Assembly: GCA_964247055.1 (NCBI GenBank) | Contig: OZ176051.1 | Coordinates: 6,448,001-6,512,000 of the forward strand | DNA: 64,000 bases | Source of the DNA: Paragordius varius | Lineage: Eukaryota > Animalia > Nematomorpha | Direction of reading: 5' to 3' | Part shown: positions 56,601-64,000 of the stretch, piece after piece | How positions within the stretch are numbered: the stretch's first letter is position 1 | Layout: each line of letters starts with the position of its first letter | The notes under the pieces: generated by a model | Told to the model about the DNA's origin: nothing | The model's input: the letters and a program-made list of their open reading frames with translations, nothing else | Database searches by the model: none | Made by a program: the position numbers and the translations under genes

Positions 56601-59600
56601 AACAAACACATAATTTATTTTAGGGGTATTTGAATTGTTCAAGGGTGTGAATTCGAACTGTAAATAATATACAGTAAAATATGTAATTATCCGGACGAAT
56701 TTTTTAACTAACGGACATAGTTTTTTTTATAAGAGACTGAGTGTTAAAATCAAAAGATTATAATTTTTAATTTACGGATAAATTTTTTTTTATACGGACA
56801 AATTTTTTTTCAACGGACAAATTTTTTATTATACGGACAAATTTTTGATTATACGGACAAATTTTTTTTTATACGGACATAAATCCAAAATATAATAGGG
56901 TAAGAGGAGAACTTATCTATAACACTGGACAATATTTCTCCATCTCGAGTTTTTTGCATTTTTTGATATTTAGTATTATTCTAACAGGAAATCTGAAATA
57001 AAAATGATAACTCCTTGTAAGAATTTTGTATAATTTGATAATTTTGATTATGCGCCCTCTTTATCAAAATTTACTTAAAAATGTTTTTCTTTGAAAATAT
57101 ACAAGTAATGCCCATTTGTAATATAAAAAAGTAATAAAAACTTTATAAAATGTATACTAATATGTATTACATCGACAGTTATTATTAGAAACAGATAGCT
57201 ACAAACTCGCGAAGCGAGAACATTTTTCTAAATAATATATCTTTAAAACTAATGGATGAAAATAGCTCAAACTTTGTTTAAATGGTGATGAATGTCCAAA
57301 AAAGATAACACAAGAAAGTTTTTTTGTGTTAAATATTTTTTTTATTCTTTTATGTCACTCAAAACAGCCATTTTTCGGTTTTTTGTTTTTTAAAAATTAC
57401 CATCTCATCAATAATAATTTATTTTCTTTACGAGGCTGATAATTTCGAAATTTTAAAGATAAAAACAAGGTTTAAGGTATTTTTGATCTTTTATAGCCAT
57501 TTACAGTTATAACTATGCATTTAATATCCACTAGGTAAAATATTTATGATAATAATAATTTTTATTAAAAAGACAAACCAAAAGCTTTTTCAAACATTTT
57601 TTTTAAATTAAATTCTTATATAACGCTATTAATTATATTAAATATATTTATATGATTTTCAAAATAGTTTGTCTGTGAAAATTCTTGATTTATATAAGGA
57701 TTGAAAATTTCGACCATTTAAATCCAAATAACTTTTATATTTAATTGATATAAATGACTTACCACCAATAAGATGCAGTTTTTTGCGCTCTTTCGAATGA
57801 TATAAAATACATGGCTTCATATCTAAAACTTTTTTTAGAAATTTCGAGTTTAATGTTAAATCGGGGCCAAAAATTATCGATAAACCTAATATTAAAAAAT
57901 CTTGAATGCTAGACCAATTCTCTTTTCAGATATACTAATTATGTACTTTAATGAAATAAATTTTAAATTTACAAGAATGGCAGTTAAAAAAGTTTAAATT
58001 GTTGTCTAGTGTAATATTGATAAATAATAACTCTTTGAATTCTAGTCGGCTAAATGTTTACTTTGTATTTTATAAGAAGCTTTAAAATTATAACATAGCA
58101 TTTGATATTCACCGACTTAAGAATAAACCATTTTTGATTTAATATTATTTATTATAAAAAATGAATAGGATTTAATAAATCTCGCATTTAACTAAGGCAA
58201 AATATTATTTCCTTTGCATTATTAACACCAATCATACTGTCATCTATTTGTAAAATTTAAAAAAAACCTTATCATAACTATATTCATTTCAAAGAAACTT
58301 TTTCACTACTGAAAAATAATAATAATCCAATTTTTCATTTTATTATTCTTATTTTAACAATGTTTCCAATCTTATAATAAGGTTTAATCGAAAACAATAG
58401 TCTAATGGGCTTCTACACTGACTGTATTTTTAGATTATGTAACATTTCAACTCTCTTTATTATATTGTTAGGTGGGACAACTTTCAATTAACGACAAGAT
58501 GGGACTTTTCTTAATTTTAAACATATACCGTATAAGCCCAATAAGCAAACGATTAAATACTAATCGTCTGCTTTTAATATCAATTATAACTGCAATATAA
58601 TGTCGAAGAGACAATAATTTATTAATATATTATTTATATGAAATTCGAAAACAATTACTGATTAACCCTATCGATCGCAATAAATTAGAACGGGAACAAG
58701 TTTTACAGTTTTTTTACAAGATTAAAATGAAGAGATTTCCAACTATTAAATATTGCCTGCGGTTGAAATATAAAATATTTGATGATGATTTATAAAATAA
58801 TATTTTAATCATCCCAAATATAAATAATGTCTATACACCGTATTATCTAAATAAGAAAATGATATTAACTATGAAAAAATAGATCCAACTTAAATGACTC
58901 ACAACAAAAATCAGAGGAATATAATATTTTATCTATATGTTCATAATTTTACTTAAATCCTTATTACAAAATATTTTAGATACTTCTTTTATATTTTTAT
59001 CCATATTTAAATCTTTCTTATTGAGGGCTCGTAATTTGTGTTTAATTTCATGGAAAATACACTCAATAGGGTTTAATTGAGGTGAATATAGTGGCAACAA
59101 AATTAAATTTTCGAATTCCTTATTTCGAGAATAACGATGAATAGGGGGGGGGGCATTATCTAAAATTATATAGGATGATGAAGGTATTATTTTAAAACAT
59201 TCCTGTAAAAAATGATATATATCATCCCCATTGTATGGATCAGATTTATATTCATATTTTATCATTCTGTTTATTCCAATCATAGCCAAATAGTTTAATT
59301 CAGATGAAGATGGCGCTGACGGTGAAAATGATGGTGAGCGTATAATTGAACGATTTTCTGTACAATCATCATAGAATTTTAAAGGTGAAATAATATTTTA
59401 CCATAGGTGTGATCCATTAATAATTACTATAGGCCGAATAAAGAGTATTAAATATAGATATAGTTAAAGTATATTAAAATTGATTAAATTAAGATGAAAA
59501 GATTATGGATACACGTAAAAAATATTAATTAGTTATTAATTTATCATAAATATTTGATTATATTTAAGATGAAAAGACTATGGGTACAAAAAGAACAAAA

Positions 59601-62600
59601 TAATTAATTAATAAAATTAAAAAAATTCGAAATTTGATATGTGTACTAGGTTTTCTAACAGGCGAGCAACAGATTTATACATATATTTACCGTATGCATA
59701 TTATTGGTACTTTATTTTTTGCTCCCGTTTGGTGATAGTTGCGTATTGATTAAAACATCAAATAGTTAAATTTACATATTTTTATATCTTACAACCATAA
59801 TTAAATATTTAAATACGGCCAAATTTATTTTATATTATAAACTACTGTATTATCATAAGTCAAATATAAAAATGGAATTAGGTACCAAATATGAGTTCAT
59901 TTTAATGAACCCCCCTGTCAAAAAACCTAGTACACATATCAAATTTCGAATTTTTTTAATTTTATTAATTAATTATTTTGTTCTTTTTGTACCCATAGTC
60001 TTTTCATCTTAAATATAATCAAATATTTATGATAAATTAATAACTAATTAATATTTTTTAAGTGTATCCATAATCTTTTCATCTTAATTTAATCAATTTT
60101 AATATACTTTAACCATATCTATATTTAATACTCTTTATTCGGCCTATAGTAATTATTAATGGATCACACCTATGGTAAAATATTATTTCACCTTTAGAAT
60201 TCTATGATGATTGTACAGAAAATCGTTCAATTATACGCTCACCATCATTTTCACCGTCAGCGCCATCTTCATCTAAATTAAACTATTTGGCTATGATTGG
60301 AATAAACAGAATGATAAAATATGAATATAAATTTGATCCATACAATGGGGATGATATATATCATTTTTTACAGGAATGTTTTAAAATAATACCTTCATCA
60401 TCCTATATAATTTTAGATAATGCCCCCCCCCTATTCATCGTTATTCTCGAAATAAGGAATTCGAAAATTTAATTTTGTTGCCACTATATTCACCTCAATT
60501 AAACCCTATTGAGTGTATTTTCCATGAAATTAAACACAAATTATGAGCCCTCAATAAGAAAGATTTAAATATGGATAAAAATATAAAAGAAGTATCTAAA
60601 ATATTTTGTAATAAGGATTTAAGTAAAATTATGAACATATAGATAAAATATTATATTCCTCTGATTTTTGTTGTGAGTCATTTAAGTTGGATCTATTTTT
60701 TCATAGTTAATATCATTTTCTTATTTAGATAATACGGTGTATAGACATTATTTATATTTGGGATGATTAAAATATTATTTTATAAATCATCATCAAATAT
60801 TTTATATTTCAACCGCAGGCAATATTTAATAGTTGGAAATCTCTTCATTTTAATCTTGTAAAAAAACTGTAAAACTTGTTCCCGTTCTAATTTATTGCGA
60901 TCGATAGGGTTAATCAGTAATTGTTTTCGAATTTCATATAAATAATATATTAATAAATTATTGTCTCTTCGACATTATATTGCAGTTATAATTGATATTA
61001 AAAGCAGACGATTAGTATTTAATCGTTTGCTTATTGGGCTTATACGGTATATGTTTAAAATTAAGAAAAGTCCCATCTTGTCGTTAATTGAAAGTTGTCC
61101 CACCTAACAATATAATAAAGAGAGTTGAAATGTTACATAATCTAAAAATACAGTCAGTGTAGAAGCCCATTAGACTATTGTTTTCGATTAAACCTTATTA
61201 TAAGATTGGAAACATTGTTAAAATAAGAATAATAAAATGAAAAATTGGATTATTATTATTTTTCAGTAGTGAAAAAGTTTCTTTGAAATGAATATAGTTG
61301 TGATAAGGTTTTTTTTAAATTTTACAAATAGATGACAGTATGATTGGTGTTAATAATGCAAAGGAAATAATATTTTGCCTTAGTTAAATGCGAGATTTAT
61401 TAAATCCTATTCATTTTTTATAATAAATAATATTAAATCAAAAATGGTTTATTCTTAAGTCGGTGAATATCAAATGCTATGTTATAATTTTAAAGCTTCT
61501 TATAAAATACAAAGTAAACATTTAGCCGACTAGAATTCAAAGAGTTATTATTTATCAATATTACACTAGACAACAATTTAAACTTTTTTAACTGCCATTC
61601 TTGTAAATTTAAAATTTATTTCATTAAAGTACATAATTAGTATATCTGAAAAGAGAATTGGTCTAGCATTCAAGATTTTTTAATATTAGGTTTATCGATA
61701 ATTTTTGGCCCCGATTTAACATTAAACTCGAAATTTCTAAAAAAAGTTTTAGATATGAAGCCATGTATTTTATATCATTCGAAAGAGCGCAAAAAACTGC
61801 ATCTTATTGGTGGTAAGTCATTTATATCAATTAAATATAAAAGTTATTTGGATTTAAATGGTCGAAATTTTCAATCCTTATATAAATCAAGAATTTTCAC
61901 AGACAAACTATTTTGAAAATCATATAAATATATTTAATATAATTAATAGCGTTATATAAGAATTTAATTTAAAAAAAATGTTTGAAAAAGCTTTTGGTTT
62001 GTCTTTTTAATAAAAATTATTATTATCATAAATATTTTACCTAGTGGATATTAAATGCATAGTTATAACTGTAAATGGCTATAAAAGATCAAAAATACCT
62101 TAAACCTTGTTTTTATCTTTAAAATTTCGAAATTATCAGCCTCGTAAAGAAAATAAATTATTATTGATGAGATGGTAATTTTTAAAAAACAAAAAACCGA
62201 AAAATGGCTGTTTTGAGTGACATAAAAGAATAAAAAAAATATTTAACACAAAAAAACTTTCTTGTGTTATCTTTTTTGGACATTCATCACCATTTAAACA
62301 AAGTTTGAGCTATTTTCATCCATTAGTTTTAAAGATATATTATTTAAAAAAATGTTCTCGTTTCGCGAGTTTGTAGCCATCTGTTTCTAATAATAACTGT
62401 CGATGTAATACATATTAGTATACATTTTATAAAGTTTTTATTATTTTTTTATATTACAAATGGGCATTACTTGTATATTTTCAAAGAAAAACATTTTTAA
62501 GTAAATTTTGATAAAGAGGGCGCATAATCAAAATTATCAAATTATACAAAATTCTTACAAGGAGTTATCATTTTTATTTCAGATTTCCTGTTAGAATAAT

Positions 62601-63093
62601 ACTAAATATCAAATAATGCAAAAAACTCGAGTGGCAGAAATGTTGTCCAGTGTTATAGATAAGAGCTCCTCCTACCCTATCATATTTCGGATTTATGTCC
62701 GTATAAAAAAAAATTTGTCCGTATAATCGAAAATTTGTCCGTATAAAAAAAAATTTGTCCGTTGAAAAAAAATTTGTCCGTTGAAAAAAAAATTTGTCCG
62801 CCAATTAAAAATTTTAATCTTTTGATTTTAACACTCTGTCTGTTATAAAAAAATTATGTCTGTTTGTTAAAAAATTCGTCCGGATAATTACATATTTTAC
62901 TGTATATGTATATAATAGAATCCACAACTATTACGCCAAAAACCAATATTATGCCTCGAATTGTGCCAGTAATTGAGGTTGAAAAAACTAATCCTGACCT
63001 AAACACGATAAAGCCCTTGGAATCATCAGGGTCAGTCGAGGGGAGTGTATCAGGATCTGCTACAAAACCAAACATCACTTTAATTAACTCTGG

Positions 63094-63131
<38 letters not shown>

Positions 63132-63750
63132 TAAAAATTGAAATTATACGGACAAAAAGTAAAAATATAAAGACAAATATTTTATCTATCTAAAAGACAA
63201 CTATAGTTTTTTAAACCTTAAAATCTCTCGTAAAACTATTTAGTTACAATTTTAAAATATAGATTTGATTGTGTTAGTAATATAGAATTCTATTTCAGAC
63301 TTTGCTACTTAAAACAATGAGTTATATTGAAATAAATCAAAATTCAAAAAGTATGGTTGTCTATTAAAAAAAAATATTTGTCTTTATATTTTTACATTTT
63401 GTCCGTATAATTTCAGTTAAATATTTGTATGCCAATTTGATTTTGATTAAATCATTGAATGTGTAATTTAGTTTTATCATGGTAGCAAAAAATGTTTTTT
63501 TTAAAATGAAATACTATAAAAATTCACCTATATAAAAGATAAACACCTTTTAAAACATTACCTTATACCTTTATTTAAAATATTTATCATAATTACCAAA
63601 TCCGTCATTTAAAGGTAATGTTTTCTATATTTACTTTTTTAAAAAAATTTATAATAAATTAATTAGGTTCAGGCGAACAAACAGAATCAACCACGGTTTC
63701 GACTGATAAAACTACGATCGTAATACCAAAAACCACAACATTAGAAAAAG
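50666..63750 (+). CDS. Unrecognised secreted Ser-Gly-rich proteoglycan/mucin-like protein; continues past the window end
   Basis: Signal peptide MINSLLVLIGL|VQISKIYA; Cys-containing N-terminal exons (50747-50828, about 51333-51510, about 51572-51660, 52101-52202, 53349-53529; some junctions uncertain); then GT-AG phase-1 exons 53826-53930, 54801-54866, 55221-55307, 56207-56338, 62919-63092, 63667-63750 encoding SGESGS, SSSGSGS, SGSGSASISGSG, SGSVEGSVSGS and Thr-rich stretches. Confidence 0.7.
52555..53290. mobile_element. GC-richer interspersed element, possibly Helentron-associated (HINE/DINE-like)
   Basis: Begins AACTAGCGTAAATCTCGTGCTGCTACGCAGCCCG; contains a poly-G run at about 52607-52623 and an internal duplicated unit of about 130 bp; ends in a GC-rich stem then ATTAAAGAT. 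Classification rests on end motifs only. Confidence 0.35.
58933..59289 (-). pseudogene. IS630/Tc1-like DDE_3 transposase, C-terminal part (left arm)
   Basis: LAMIGIN...YNGDDIYHFL...YIILDNA..IH...LLPLYSPQLNPIECIFHEIK matches the DDE_3 consensus (IVMDNA.IH...LPPYSP.LNPIE). No HTH or start region is recognisable. Confidence 0.85.
60287..60642 (+). pseudogene. Mirror copy of the DDE_3 transposase fragment (right arm), frameshifted
   Basis: Same sequence, but 9 C instead of 10 C in the DNAPP homopolymer (frameshift) and a TGA replacing the Arg of KLRAL. Confidence 0.85.
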
Positions 63751-64000
63751 GTTTGATAAATTTATTTTTTGCTTTTTATTAATTTAATTTTATCTTCCCG
63801 TAAACAGTGTCACATCTTGATGAATTATATATCTGGTAGAGGATTTTATGCTCATAGTTTTCGTTTTAATTCAGAAATTTGAACTTTTGAGGTCATTGTT
63901 AGGGGTGGGAAAATTTGCGCCTATTTTGCTTTATATATTTTTTATGAGAGCCAAACTCTTCACTCTAAAAATATGACTAAAAATATCAATAATGGGCTCC

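Larger units (their letters stand above)
56672..62902. mobile_element. 6231 bp palindromic (fold-back) IS630/Tc1-mariner-type DNA transposon
   Basis: TA|CAGTAAAATATGTAATTATCCGGACG ... CGTCCGGATAATTACATATTTTACTG|TA. Arms 56672-59662 and 59914-62902 are reverse complements; spacer 59663-59913; subterminal ACGGACAAATTTTTTTT tandem repeats of about 20 bp. Confidence 0.93.

Noticed and set aside
56770-56880. Tandem ACGGACAAATTTT repeats as a CRISPR array
   Set aside because: No unique spacers, no cas genes, eukaryotic context; these are transposon subterminal repeats.
1-64000. Ciliate origin or TAR=Gln code for the host, suggested by the tiny introns
   Set aside because: The 611-codon GPCR ORF is open in the standard code and ends in TAA; GPCR, TSP1/Ig and proteoglycan-like genes indicate an animal.
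1-64000. tRNA, rRNA or other structured RNA genes
   Set aside because: None recognised by eye; a covariance-model search was not possible.

Overview
Very AT-rich genomic DNA from an intron-containing invertebrate animal; the species cannot be identified from the sequence alone. Host genes use the standard genetic code. Five host genes are supported: SMG5 (minus, 3' end beyond the window start), MRPS27 (plus, 11 exons, 516 aa, divergent from SMG5), an atypical class A GPCR (minus, 2 exons, about 768 aa, plus a second TM1-TM2 exon 12 kb upstream), a TSP1-TSP1-Ig-Ig-TM surface protein (minus), and an unrecognised secreted Ser-Gly-rich proteoglycan-like protein (plus, runs off the window end). 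Intergenic and intronic DNA holds MITEs and decayed RTE, mariner and CR1/L2-like remnants. Two features stand out. First, homology-validated spliceosomal introns of only 21-25 nt sit in the same genes as 0.4-1.4 kb introns, and another gene in the window has a 6.6 kb intron. Second, a 6.2 kb almost perfectly palindromic TA-flanked IS630/Tc1-type element (two arms of about 2.99 kb, 251 bp spacer) lies in an intron; each arm carries an outward-pointing transposase fragment and a possible cyclin-like cargo ORF. All exon models were derived by eye.
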